64,000 nt of DNA from Nitrososphaeria archaeon (GTDB lineage: Archaea; Thermoproteota; Nitrososphaeria; JACIWG01). The position numbers and the translations under genes are program-made. The stretch is taken from contig JBEKIG010000001.1 of NCBI GenBank assembly GCA_050011875.1, positions 32,001-96,000 of the forward strand, in the 5' to 3' direction. Below, one piece after another: positions 29,823 through 39,378 of this stretch. Below the pieces are notes generated by a model. That model was not told the DNA's origin and did not search any database. It saw only the letters and a list, made by a program, of their open reading frames with translations. How positions within the stretch are numbered: position 1 is the first letter of the stretch; every line of letters begins with the position of its first letter.

Positions 29823-31433
29823 ATGTTGCACAAAAGCATGTCACAAACGGAACAAAATATTCCGCAAAAACCTAATCGAAGGAAATTTCTTACATACGCG
29901 GGTGCTGCCGCAGCTGTGATTATCGTAGGTGGTGTAGCATATTACATTGGCACTTCTAATCGACAAACTTCTACAACAACTGCGACGTCTACTCTTGCTC
30001 CAACAACTGTAACGTCTACGTCTACTCTTGCTCCAACAACTGTAACGTCTACGTCTACTCTTGCTCCAACAACTGTAACGTCTACGTCTACTCTTGCTCC
30101 AACAACTGTTACAACAACTACGACGTCTACTACTACTAAACTTGCTGCTCCAATAGATTTCTGGTCGCCACCTTGGGGTGACCCAACGTTACAGAAAAAT
30201 CTTATAAATGGATATGTTGCTGGCTATAACCAGCAAACAGGGAATGCAGCAACATGGGAATATCTAGACTGGACGACAACATTTAATAGAGAGGCCTTGA
30301 TTTTTGAAGGCGGAGCCGCTCCAGATGTTGCCATCGGTTGTTTTACTTCTACTTATGCCCCACGAAGTACAGCCACACTTGGACTGATGCCGTTAGACGA
30401 CTATGTGAATACCCTGTTAAACCAAAACGATTACGCCATTGATCTAACGACGGCTGACCCAGGATTAGACTATTACTTTCCGGACTCCATAGCCCCAGGC
30501 GGTCACAATTGGTGGGCTGTACCATGGTTTGCAGAGACATGTGCATCAACATATCGAAAGGACATATTTGAACAAAATAATATTACTCCTCCCACGACCC
30601 TTGACGAGCAAGTAGAAATTGGTAAAAAATTGACTAACCCATCTGGCGGTGTCTACGCGATGGGTATGGGATGGGGTGACCCAGTAAGTGTGTGTAACAA
30701 CTGGTCTTATACATTCCTCGCAATGGGTGGTGGAGATGGAAAAGGAGGACCTTATCTGGAACCTGATGCAAATGGAATATATTGGAATAGCACAAAAATG
30801 GCCATAAACAACGATGCTGCAAAAGCATCTCTACAGTACTGGTATGATATGGTTTGGACGTACAATATAGTCTCTCCGGAGGTAACAAGCCCTACATACA
30901 ACGCTGAATCCGACTTTATGGCAGGAAAAGCTCTATGGTTTACTGCCCCAGCATGGGTTGGTGCCGATATCAACTCAAGTGCTCCTCAGCTGAAGGGTAA
31001 ATTCGATGCATTCATGCTTGTTAAGGATGCCACAACAGGCCTTCGTGGCGCTTCAATCGTCTACTGTCCATATTATATCTACGCCACTACAAAGTATCCT
31101 GATGCATGTGTCGATTTCATCAACTACCTTAACGATCCGGCCCGTGAACTCACAATAGATTTGCAGTACAGATTAGAACCTCTTAAGAAGTCAGCAATCA
31201 CAGATCCGACATTCTTAGCAGACACATATATGAAAGTCTTTGTTGACCAGATTAATACAGGGGAAGTACATGCAATACCTCCAGGGAACCCACACTCACA
31301 AGCACTTGTCGCAAGTAGCACAGGGCCAATCTACAACATGGTCATGAGTGTTCTATCAAAAACGGCCACAATTCCTGAGGCAATCGCAACCTGCGAAACA
31401 GCAGGCAACGCAATTTTAGCACAACCTGTGTAA
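29823..31433 (+). CDS. Carbohydrate ABC transporter substrate-binding protein with Tat-like signal and Thr-rich linker
   Basis: NRRKFL, TM segment, Thr/Ser linker, then SBP motifs (APDV, YRKDIFE, PPTTLDE). Confidence 0.88.
   Translation: MLHKSMSQTEQNIPQKPNRRKFLTYAGAAAAVIIVGGVAYYIGTSNRQTSTTTATSTLAPTTVTSTSTLAPTTVTSTSTLAPTTVTSTSTLAPTTVTTTTTSTTTKLAAPIDFWSPPWGDPTLQKNLINGYVAGYNQQTGNAATWEYLDWTTTFNREALIFEGGAAPDVAIGCFTSTYAPRSTATLGLMPLDDYVNTLLNQNDYAIDLTTADPGLDYYFPDSIAPGGHNWWAVPWFAETCASTYRKDIFEQNNITPPTTLDEQVEIGKKLTNPSGGVYAMGMGWGDPVSVCNNWSYTFLAMGGGDGKGGPYLEPDANGIYWNSTKMAINNDAAKASLQYWYDMVWTYNIVSPEVTSPTYNAESDFMAGKALWFTAPAWVGADINSSAPQLKGKFDAFMLVKDATTGLRGASIVYCPYYIYATTKYPDACVDFINYLNDPARELTIDLQYRLEPLKKSAITDPTFLADTYMKVFVDQINTGEVHAIPPGNPHSQALVASSTGPIYNMVMSVLSKTATIPEAIATCETAGNAILAQPV
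29985..30109 (+). repeat. Perfect in-frame 33-bp tandem repeat, about 3.8 copies (TSTLAPTTVTS)
   Basis: ACGTCTACTCTTGCTCCAACAACTGTAACGTCT repeated identically. Confidence 0.95.
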
Positions 31434-31439
31434 TAAATA

Positions 31440-31470
31440 AGAGGGAACTCCCTCTATCTTTATTTTTTTA
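31440..31470 (+). terminator. Hairpin plus T-tract after the SBP gene
   Basis: AGAGGGA-AC-TCCCTCT followed by ATCTTTATTTTTTT. Confidence 0.5.
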
Positions 31471-31475
31471 TAATA

Positions 31476-32375
31476 ATGATATATATGGCGACCAAGAAAA
31501 GTTGGTTTCCCTACGCAATGATTTCTGTCGCAGTAATAGTTAGCATGGTTATGAACGTTTATCCTTTGTTACTCGCTATATTTATGAGCTTTCAGAACTT
31601 TGTCGGCAGTTCGAATCATTTCGTAGGATTGTATAATTATATCAGTGTTCTTACAGATCCGACTTTTTGGTTCGTTTTCGAAGTGACAATAGTATGGACA
31701 ATATTAGTTGTATCATTCTCTGGTCTTTTGGGACTTGGTACCGCTTTACTTTTAAATGAAGAATACAGATTTAGGGGTATAGTAAGGAGCATTATCATAA
31801 TACCCTGGGTTGCGCCACCTGTTGTAATCGCATATATTTGGGTCTGGATATATTCTGCTGGATTCAGCCCAATTAGCGATTTCCTTGAGAGAGTACATTT
31901 AATAAGTGGGCCAATATATTGGCTTAGTGACCTATCTATTAAAGTAGGTCCCCTCTCGTTTCCTCTTCTCTCACTTGTTCTAGTAGGAGTTTGGGCTGGG
32001 TTTCCATTCGTAGCTGTTGTCTTCTTGGCCGCTCTACAAAGTATTCCACGTGAAGTCTTGGACGCCGCAGATATAGATAGCGCTTCCAGCTGGCAAAAGT
32101 TCAGGCATATAACATTACCATTAATTGCAAAGGTAGGCCAGATAAGTATATTACTTAGTACTATATGGACCTTCAATCAATTTGTTTACCCCTACTTGAT
32201 GACTAAAGGGGGCCCTTTGAATTTTACCGATGTTTTATCAGTCTTTATCTACCAAAAGGCGTTCACAGATTTTAATTTTGGATATGCCACCGCTGCAGCA
32301 GTCGTAATGACAACTTTCTCAGGAATTTTCGTTGCATTATACATAATCTCCAGCTATAGGAGTCTGTTTGAATAA
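31476..32375 (+). CDS. Carbohydrate ABC permease (MalF-like)
   Basis: FVGLYNY, IIPWVAP and EAA-type loop LDAADIDSASSWQKFRHITLP. Confidence 0.92.
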   Translation: MIYMATKKSWFPYAMISVAVIVSMVMNVYPLLLAIFMSFQNFVGSSNHFVGLYNYISVLTDPTFWFVFEVTIVWTILVVSFSGLLGLGTALLLNEEYRFRGIVRSIIIIPWVAPPVVIAYIWVWIYSAGFSPISDFLERVHLISGPIYWLSDLSIKVGPLSFPLLSLVLVGVWAGFPFVAVVFLAALQSIPREVLDAADIDSASSWQKFRHITLPLIAKVGQISILLSTIWTFNQFVYPYLMTKGGPLNFTDVLSVFIYQKAFTDFNFGYATAAAVVMTTFSGIFVALYIISSYRSLFE

Positions 32376-32396
32376 TATTATTAAAGGTGAAAATAT

Positions 32397-33239
32397 ATGA
32401 TTAAAATTAAAATGAGAAAAAAGATAATCCTTGTAATCGCTAATACATTGTTACTACTGTTTGTTCTATTCCCATTCTTTTGGATGTTCAAAACATCGAT
32501 TGAGCCAACTACAGAAGTCTACGGGTTGCCTTTAACATGGTTCCCTTCTCAACCGACCTTGGCTCATTATGCCGAAACCATTAATCTTGTAAACATCCCA
32601 TTACATATGCTTAATAGCCTGTTTGTAGCAGGATTCAACACAATAATTGCTGTGTCCGTCACAAGCTGTGCAGGATACGCACTAGGCAGATTCAGTTTCA
32701 GAGGTAACAGACCTTTCAGCATATACCTTATAGTAACGAACCTCATGCCAGGGATAGTATCAATTATCCCGTTTTACTTCTTTATGAGGGACATAGGACT
32801 CTATAACACATACTGGGCGCTAATTTTAGCTTATCTCTTCTGGTCTCTGCCTTTCTGTACTCTTATGCTAAGGAGCTACTTCAAATCCTCTTTTCCAAAC
32901 GAAGTGCATGACTCGGGCCTTGTTGACGGATGCAGCGAATTTTCAACATTCTGGCGACTTTGTGTGCCTGTCTCATGGCCAGGGATCGCCGCTGCGGGCA
33001 TATTTTCTTTCATTCTTGGATGGAATGAATTCTTCTGGGCGAGCATCATGTTGACGAATGCGTCTATGGCGACTATGCCGCTAGCTCTTGCAGATTTCAT
33101 AGGCGAAATGGGGCGTAACCCATACGTAGCTCAGTTCATGGCCGCTGGTGTTCTTGTTACCATACCTGCGATCATATTGTTCGCTTTCCTTCAAAAGTAC
33201 TTTGTTATGGGTCTAACTATGGGATCCGTAAAAGGTTAA
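32397..33239 (+). CDS. Carbohydrate ABC permease (MalG-like)
   Basis: PFFWMFKTS, AGYAL, DSGLVDGCS, WNEF, GLTMGSVKG. Confidence 0.92.
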   Translation: MIKIKMRKKIILVIANTLLLLFVLFPFFWMFKTSIEPTTEVYGLPLTWFPSQPTLAHYAETINLVNIPLHMLNSLFVAGFNTIIAVSVTSCAGYALGRFSFRGNRPFSIYLIVTNLMPGIVSIIPFYFFMRDIGLYNTYWALILAYLFWSLPFCTLMLRSYFKSSFPNEVHDSGLVDGCSEFSTFWRLCVPVSWPGIAAAGIFSFILGWNEFFWASIMLTNASMATMPLALADFIGEMGRNPYVAQFMAAGVLVTIPAIILFAFLQKYFVMGLTMGSVKG

Positions 33240-33262
33240 ATAGCTTTTGTACAGGTTGAAGG

Positions 33263-34372
33263 ATGATAAAAATGGCTAAAACTGGTAAAGCGGCCATCGC
33301 CGTAGGTTATGGGAAACCCTTAGAAGTTAGGGAGTTTGAGCTACCTGAAGTTGATGACAATTCCATGTTGCTCAAGAATAATCTTTGCGGAATATGCGGA
33401 ACCGATATCCATATTTGGGAAGGAAGAATTCCTTTCAAGGCTCCAGCCATCATAGGGCATGAAGTTGTCAGTAAAATACAGGTGCTTGGAAAAAACATCA
33501 AAACCGACAACACAGGTACACCAGTAAAAGTGGGAGACCGTGTCATGGTAAACGTGGGCGTTGCGTGCAAAAGATGCTACCTTTGCTTATTAGATGAATA
33601 TACTGAATGCTTGAATAAAACAGGACCCCAACCCCCAGGCGTTCAGACAATAGAACAGAAACCACACTTTGTTGGAGGTTATGCAGAGTATTTCTTTGTC
33701 AGATCTGGCATGGAGTTTGTAAGGATTCCTGATGAATTAACTGACGAAGAAGTCGCATCTTTCAGCTGTGCTGGGCCAACTATTATACATGGATTTGAAA
33801 GAATAACTTTACGAGCTGGAGATTCAGTCGTTGTCCAAGGTGTTGGACCTGTTGGACTTTTTGCAATCATATACGCAAAAGCTATGGGAGCTGGCAAGGT
33901 CGTCGCAATTGGTGCTCCTGAAAGGAGACTGGAAATGGCCAAAAAGCTAGGTGCGGATTCAACGATAAACATTGAAAAATATGGAACTAACGAACGAATT
34001 GCTAAGGTAAAGGAGTTGACAAACAATATAGGCCCAGATTTGATCTGTGACGCCTCAGGCATACCTGCAGCAGTACCCGAAGGAATGGAAATGCTTCGCA
34101 ACAGTGGAACCTACCTGATAGTTGGCCAGTTCTCGGACAGGGGCACAATTCCTATCAAGCCACACTATATCACACTAAGACAACTCAAATTGCAAGGAAC
34201 AATGGGATATACTGCTCGTGAAATCTATAGGTATCTGATGTTCCTCAAGATGACTAGGACTCAGATCCCATATAAAGATGTGATTTCACATAAATTCAAA
34301 CTAGAACAAGCGACTGAAGCATTGGAAACGGTTAAGAAAGGGGAAGCAGTTAGAGCGGTTTTCGTTCCTTAA
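33263..34372 (+). CDS. Zn-dependent alcohol dehydrogenase (MDR)
   Basis: ICGTD, GHE, CKRCYLC...C, GVGPVG. Confidence 0.92.
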   Translation: MIKMAKTGKAAIAVGYGKPLEVREFELPEVDDNSMLLKNNLCGICGTDIHIWEGRIPFKAPAIIGHEVVSKIQVLGKNIKTDNTGTPVKVGDRVMVNVGVACKRCYLCLLDEYTECLNKTGPQPPGVQTIEQKPHFVGGYAEYFFVRSGMEFVRIPDELTDEEVASFSCAGPTIIHGFERITLRAGDSVVVQGVGPVGLFAIIYAKAMGAGKVVAIGAPERRLEMAKKLGADSTINIEKYGTNERIAKVKELTNNIGPDLICDASGIPAAVPEGMEMLRNSGTYLIVGQFSDRGTIPIKPHYITLRQLKLQGTMGYTAREIYRYLMFLKMTRTQIPYKDVISHKFKLEQATEALETVKKGEAVRAVFVP

Positions 34373-34414
34373 ATTTCGGAACATCTTCAGAATGGGAACC
34401 CCTACATCTCCCTT

Positions 34415-35548
34415 TTGTTGGCCCTTTTTATGCTGTCTATGCGTTTAAATAATATCTCTGCGAATTCATTTTTCAAAATTATCGTAATAATTTTAGTATT
34501 AATGTTATCTTCTTCATTACCTTCAGCTGGAGCATCCGCCAATAAGGTAGTTAATATCGAATTTTTCTATTCCTACTGTTGTCCCGGTCTATGGAAGCCA
34601 GTTGGAAATGTAGATTCGCTGTTATCGCAAATGAAACAGATTTATGGTGATCAAATTAACATTACGGGAATAGATGTGACTACAAATAGTGGGATAGAAC
34701 AATGGCGTATATACAACTTTACATATATACCTTTCATCGTTGTTAACCACGAACTCGTGATCACCCAAAATAATATAACCGCAGAGAAACTTAAAACAGT
34801 AATAGATAGCTATCTAAGTGGTGATACCACCGTTAATCAAACAAAGCCGAGTACCTTAAACGTTAATGTTTTTCTCGTAATTGGTGCAGGACTGATTGAC
34901 GGAATAAATCCATGCGCATTCGCAGTTCTATTATACTTTGTAACTGTTCTTTTCACATTTAGAAAAGATACAAAAGGAAGAGTTTTTCTCGTCGGCTTGC
35001 TCTACATGTTCGCTGTGTTCCTGGCCTACTTGATTATAGGGCTCACACTCTTAAGACTGATGGTAATAGTAAAATACTATGAATACATAGCAACGGCAAT
35101 TATAGGACTAATCGTTATGGCGATGGGTGCATTAAATATAAAAGACTACTTCTGGTATGGCCACGGTTTAAGCTTAAAAATACCTGATTTCCAGTGGATA
35201 AATATCAGAAAATGGGTGCACAAGTTCACTTTACCAGCTGTTTTTGGTATAGGACTTTTGGTAGGTCTTTTCGAATTCCCTTGTACAGGCGCAATCTACC
35301 TTGGAATCTTGGCGATGCTGTCCCTAAGTCAAACCTCTGCTTTAGCTCTCTCCTATCTTATTCTTTACAATATTGCTTTCGTTCTTCCGTTATTTGCTTT
35401 GTTACTTATTGCCTCCAATAGGGGCATAAAAGAGTTCTCATTTAGCAGATGGAAAGAACATGAGAATAGAAACATGAGACTTGTTCTTGGTATAATAACA
35501 ATAGCTGTTGGGTTAGTGCTAGTCTTATATGCCTTCAATTTATTGTAA
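34415..35548 (+). CDS. Thioredoxin-like domain plus CcdA/DsbD-type membrane protein
   Basis: GLIDGINPCAF and FEFPCTGAIY transmembrane Cys motifs; extracellular Trx-like domain. Confidence 0.82.
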   Translation: MLALFMLSMRLNNISANSFFKIIVIILVLMLSSSLPSAGASANKVVNIEFFYSYCCPGLWKPVGNVDSLLSQMKQIYGDQINITGIDVTTNSGIEQWRIYNFTYIPFIVVNHELVITQNNITAEKLKTVIDSYLSGDTTVNQTKPSTLNVNVFLVIGAGLIDGINPCAFAVLLYFVTVLFTFRKDTKGRVFLVGLLYMFAVFLAYLIIGLTLLRLMVIVKYYEYIATAIIGLIVMAMGALNIKDYFWYGHGLSLKIPDFQWINIRKWVHKFTLPAVFGIGLLVGLFEFPCTGAIYLGILAMLSLSQTSALALSYLILYNIAFVLPLFALLLIASNRGIKEFSFSRWKEHENRNMRLVLGIITIAVGLVLVLYAFNLL

Positions 35549-35566
35549 ATTTTCTGAAACTATACT

Positions 35567-36733
35567 CTAAACAATTCCTGGTATCCATCTGAAAGGATGT
35601 TTAGCTATTTCGTCCTCATTTAGGTCCACGCCAAATCCGGGCTTTGTAGGTAATTCAAGGTATCCATTGTTGACTTTTATTGGTTCAGAGACAACTTCAT
35701 CTCTCCAAGGGACATCGTCCACATCCAATTCCAGTATTAGAAAGTTTGAAAGAGTTGCACATAAATGTGCGTTGATAAATGTGGCTAGCGGGCTATGGCA
35801 GTTGTGTGGTGCAACAGGCATATAGTACATTTCACACAAGTTCGCAATCTTTTTTCCTCCGGTTATACCGTTCCAAGGAATGTCTAGCATGGCAACATCT
35901 ATAGCGTGCAGATCCAAGAAAGGCTTGAATTGAACGGCTTGGTAAAGTCCCTCACTCATGCAAATCGGCGTTTTAGTGGACATCCTAACAGTCTTACAAG
36001 TTCCAGCATCCTCGATTGGCACAGGTTCTTCTAGCCACAACAAGTTGTATGGTTCTAAAGCTCTGGCAAGTTTTATTGCAGATGTTTCATTAAACATGCA
36101 GGCAACGTCTAACATGATGTCTAGATTTTCACCTACTGATTCTCGGAAAGTACCAACTATATCTATGGCATCCTGTATTATCTGATTGTCTATCTGACCT
36201 CCGATTTGTCTAGATCTTCCGGTACCATGGAGATCTAGAATATTTGTTTTTAGTCCTGTGTAACCTCTTTGAACAACTTCTTTACCGAGCTTAGCGATAT
36301 CCTCTTTTGTATTTAGCTTAGGTTTTCCGATAACCTCATTAAACAGAAATCGTGTCCAGCCACAGTGTGTCCAATAGAGTCGAAGTTGGCTGTGGAAACG
36401 CCCACCCAGAAGTTCGTAGACTGGTACTCCCAAAGACTTTCCTTTGATATCCCAAAGTGCAATATCGATACCCGCAAGAGCCTTGTGGGCTATACCTCCG
36501 ATTGCTCTGATGTTTTGGTTGTACATCTTCCACCAGAGTTTTTCTATATTGTTCGGATCTTCTCCGATTACAGTTTGTCCGAGTTGTTTAACCTCTTCTG
36601 CGACCGTCAAGGCTTTACCCCAATCTGTGCAATCGCCATAACCTATAATTCCCTCATCTGTACTCACTTTGACAAAAGTCCATGGCCTGAATCCACCGTC
36701 ACAAAGAATAGGTTCGATATTTGTTATCTTCAT
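35567..36733 (-). CDS. Mandelate racemase/enolase-superfamily sugar-acid dehydratase
   Basis: GIDIALWDIKGK, GLKT, MLD, WLEEP, MSE, APHN, LPTKPGFG. Confidence 0.9.
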   Translation of the reverse strand: MKITNIEPILCDGGFRPWTFVKVSTDEGIIGYGDCTDWGKALTVAEEVKQLGQTVIGEDPNNIEKLWWKMYNQNIRAIGGIAHKALAGIDIALWDIKGKSLGVPVYELLGGRFHSQLRLYWTHCGWTRFLFNEVIGKPKLNTKEDIAKLGKEVVQRGYTGLKTNILDLHGTGRSRQIGGQIDNQIIQDAIDIVGTFRESVGENLDIMLDVACMFNETSAIKLARALEPYNLLWLEEPVPIEDAGTCKTVRMSTKTPICMSEGLYQAVQFKPFLDLHAIDVAMLDIPWNGITGGKKIANLCEMYYMPVAPHNCHSPLATFINAHLCATLSNFLILELDVDDVPWRDEVVSEPIKVNNGYLELPTKPGFGVDLNEDEIAKHPFRWIPGIV

Positions 36734-36832
36734 ACAAAGTTGTCGTTTTTACCTTCCTTAATAATATTTCTACAATATTATTGGGGATTTCAAAACTGAA
36801 ATACTTGTTTAAAATCAGACCTGGACTAGACT

Positions 36833-37969
36833 CTACTCTATTACTTTAGAAAATTTATCAAGTATGTCTTCGTTAAACTCAATTCCCAAACCTGGTCTTG
36901 AAGATGGTTCAAGAAAGCTATCTTTACATAATATTGGTTCTTTGACAATCCTAGACCTTAGATCAGATGGATCAGTGACATAGTAGTACATTGGAAATTC
37001 GAGAGCCAGAAGGTTAGGAATGGCTGCCGATAGGTGAGCGCAAATTGCATCGTAAACTGGACCATACGGATCATGTATGACAACCGGTAGAGTATATGTC
37101 TCAGCCATATTAGCTATCGCTATCGATTCAATGAAGCCGCCTGCCCTGAGCGGATCTATCTGGACGATATCTACACAGTGTCCTGAGATCATGTCCCTAA
37201 AGGCGTGCTTTGTGCAGAGCCTTTCCCCTGAAGCTATGGGTATACTGGTTTTGCTTGCTATTGTTTTCAGCGCTCCGAAGTCTTCGCTTCCCACAGGTTC
37301 CTCAAAGAACCAGGGATCATACTTTTCAAGTTTCTTGCAGATTCTCATTGCAGAGGGAAGGTTGTATTTTGCATGAATTTCTATACCTATTTCAATTTCT
37401 TTGCCTACAGAATCGCGCACCGTCTTCAGTTTCTCCTCGGCGTTCTCGAGTTCTGCGGCGTTGATCACCTCACCTTCAGGATAAAACCAGAAAGGATCAA
37501 ACTTCAAGTATCTAAAACCTTCGTCGACAAGCTTTACGGCATTTTTTATAATCCATTTAGTATCATGTGCTATCTTAGGAAATACTGGTTCACAGTGTGC
37601 ATATGCCCTGACCTTATCGTTGTACTTTCCCCCGAGAAGTGTATATAATGGCGTCTTTGACTTCTTTCCAAGAATGTCCCAACATGCGACTTCAATCCCT
37701 GCTAAAGCAGTGATTTCGAGGGAACCAGGTCCTCTAATATCCAATTGGTTCTTGTAGACGCTGTTAAAGATTTTTCTCATTTCTAACGGGTCTTTTCCTA
37801 ATATGTAAGGTTTTAGCTTAGCCACCACTTGCGCTTGGGCTTCTTCTCCATAGACAGTACTCACTTCAGATATTCCAACTATTCCTTCGTCAGTAAAAAG
37901 TTTTACGAACACCCAATTAACTGCACACCCCGTGCCAACAATGTATGTCTTGATGTCGCTAATTTTCAT
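36833..37969 (-). CDS. Mandelate racemase/enolase-superfamily dehydratase (galactonate-dehydratase-like)
   Basis: WVFVKL, WDILGK, LKFDPF, IEIH, FFEEP, ASGER, RPGLG. Confidence 0.9.
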   Translation of the reverse strand: MKISDIKTYIVGTGCAVNWVFVKLFTDEGIVGISEVSTVYGEEAQAQVVAKLKPYILGKDPLEMRKIFNSVYKNQLDIRGPGSLEITALAGIEVACWDILGKKSKTPLYTLLGGKYNDKVRAYAHCEPVFPKIAHDTKWIIKNAVKLVDEGFRYLKFDPFWFYPEGEVINAAELENAEEKLKTVRDSVGKEIEIGIEIHAKYNLPSAMRICKKLEKYDPWFFEEPVGSEDFGALKTIASKTSIPIASGERLCTKHAFRDMISGHCVDIVQIDPLRAGGFIESIAIANMAETYTLPVVIHDPYGPVYDAICAHLSAAIPNLLALEFPMYYYVTDPSDLRSRIVKEPILCKDSFLEPSSRPGLGIEFNEDILDKFSKVIE

Positions 37970-38078
37970 CCTTTTACTACTTCTCTTTCTCTCTTTATGG
38001 ATAACGCTATTTAATAGTTATTAATCATGTCAAAAAAAACTAAACAGTCCATGTATATATGATATGTAGAATATATAA

Positions 38079-38121
38079 TAGGTATCTGCACCTAATTATG
38101 GTCGAAAACCACCGGACCCGC
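38079..38121 (+). other. att-like site: arm followed by a degenerate tRNA 3' core
   Basis: TAGGTATCTGCACCTAATTAT then GGTCGAAAACCACCGGACCCGC; the arm is the near reverse complement of 7694-7710. Confidence 0.65.
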
Positions 38122-38355
38122 ACCCAATTCTTCTTTGTTCATTATTTACAAGTAAATTAATGCTGAAATTCCAACCCCCGCACTATTCATTTTATATTGG
38201 CAAGACTCTTACTGTAAGAGAAAAATATTTGCCCAGAGTCATTGTAGCTTGTAGGGAGAATAGAAGTTTTTCTAAGATTATAATTTCAAAAAAAATCAGC
38301 ATACAACGCAAAGTCGTTCCGTTCATTCGAATGTCAGTTCTAGAGGTTTCCCTCC

Positions 38356-39378
38356 TCAAACCTTTTCGTCAGAGATGCCATCTTTACTTGGTAGGAGCTT
38401 TCTGATTTGAAGATGGTATGGGCATCTTAATTCGCATTCGCCGCATTTAAGACAGGTTGGAACTAGCTCTTTGGCCTTTTGAAACTGACTTTTAAGGCTA
38501 GGTGTCCACCCCATCCGTCTTAGAAATTGTTTTTCAGTGCGTAATACGTAGGATATAGGTATACCCCGCTGACAAGGTTGGCAGTAGTCGCAGCCGCGGC
38601 AGTATTCGGTTCCGAGTTCTTTCTTGTCTTTTTCTATGAGTTTCAGCTCTTCGGAGCTGAGTTTATAAGAAGCGGATGCAGTAGCGATGTTCTCTTCTAC
38701 TTCCTGTAAATTCATCATTCCTGGAATTACTACATCGACATTCTTATCGTTTAGTAGGAATTTAAGTGCTGTCTTTGTATTGCTGAAGGCTCCTCCGCCA
38801 AAGGGCTTCATTATTACCGTGCCCACCTGGTTTTTACTACAAAAAGGTAGCAAGTCCTCTCCTGGCAGAGTCGTGAGGTAGTTATAAGGTACTAAGATAG
38901 TTTCAAAGATGTTTTCTTGTACGATCTCTTTCAGAAGCAACGGATTATGGCTTGTGATTCCCAGGTGCTTTATTTTCCCATCTTCATGTGCCTTAATTAA
39001 GGCTTCCAGTGCTCCACCCGGGGCTTTAACCTGCTTCCAAGCCTCTTTTGTTGTCACATTATGCAGTTGGTAGATATCTACCCATTCTGTTCTAAGATTT
39101 TTTAGGCTTGTCTCAAGTTCTTGTAGAACCTCACCTTTGGTTAGTCGCTGTGTTTTTGTTGCTATGATTACATCGTCTCTCACATCTTCAAGAGCTTTCC
39201 CTATCCTCTCTTCACTGACCGTGTACGCTCTTGCCGTATCAAAATAATTAATACCCCTATCATAGCAGTGGCGGACGACCTTAACAGCTTCGTCTTCAGA
39301 GATTCTCTGGATTGGGATACCACCAAACCCCAGGGTCTTTACCTTTAGACCTGTTCGACCCAGAATTCTTTCTTTCAA
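38356..39378 (-). CDS. Aldo/keto reductase with a C-terminal 4Fe-4S dicluster domain
   Basis: GFGGIP, FDTARAY, DIYQLH, MKPFGGG, CRGCDYCQPC, CLKCGECELRCP. Confidence 0.92.
   Translation of the reverse strand: MKERILGRTGLKVKTLGFGGIPIQRISEDEAVKVVRHCYDRGINYFDTARAYTVSEERIGKALEDVRDDVIIATKTQRLTKGEVLQELETSLKNLRTEWVDIYQLHNVTTKEAWKQVKAPGGALEALIKAHEDGKIKHLGITSHNPLLLKEIVQENIFETILVPYNYLTTLPGEDLLPFCSKNQVGTVIMKPFGGGAFSNTKTALKFLLNDKNVDVVIPGMMNLQEVEENIATASASYKLSSEELKLIEKDKKELGTEYCRGCDYCQPCQRGIPISYVLRTEKQFLRRMGWTPSLKSQFQKAKELVPTCLKCGECELRCPYHLQIRKLLPSKDGISDEKV

Larger units (their letters stand above)
7667..38121. mobile_element. Putative integrated element (about 30.5 kb) between directly oriented att-like cores
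   Basis: Integrase at the left end; degenerate core GGTCGAAAACCACCGGACCCGC at 38100-38121 preceded by the inverse arm; cargo of RM system, gene relics and sugar genes. Confidence 0.55.
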
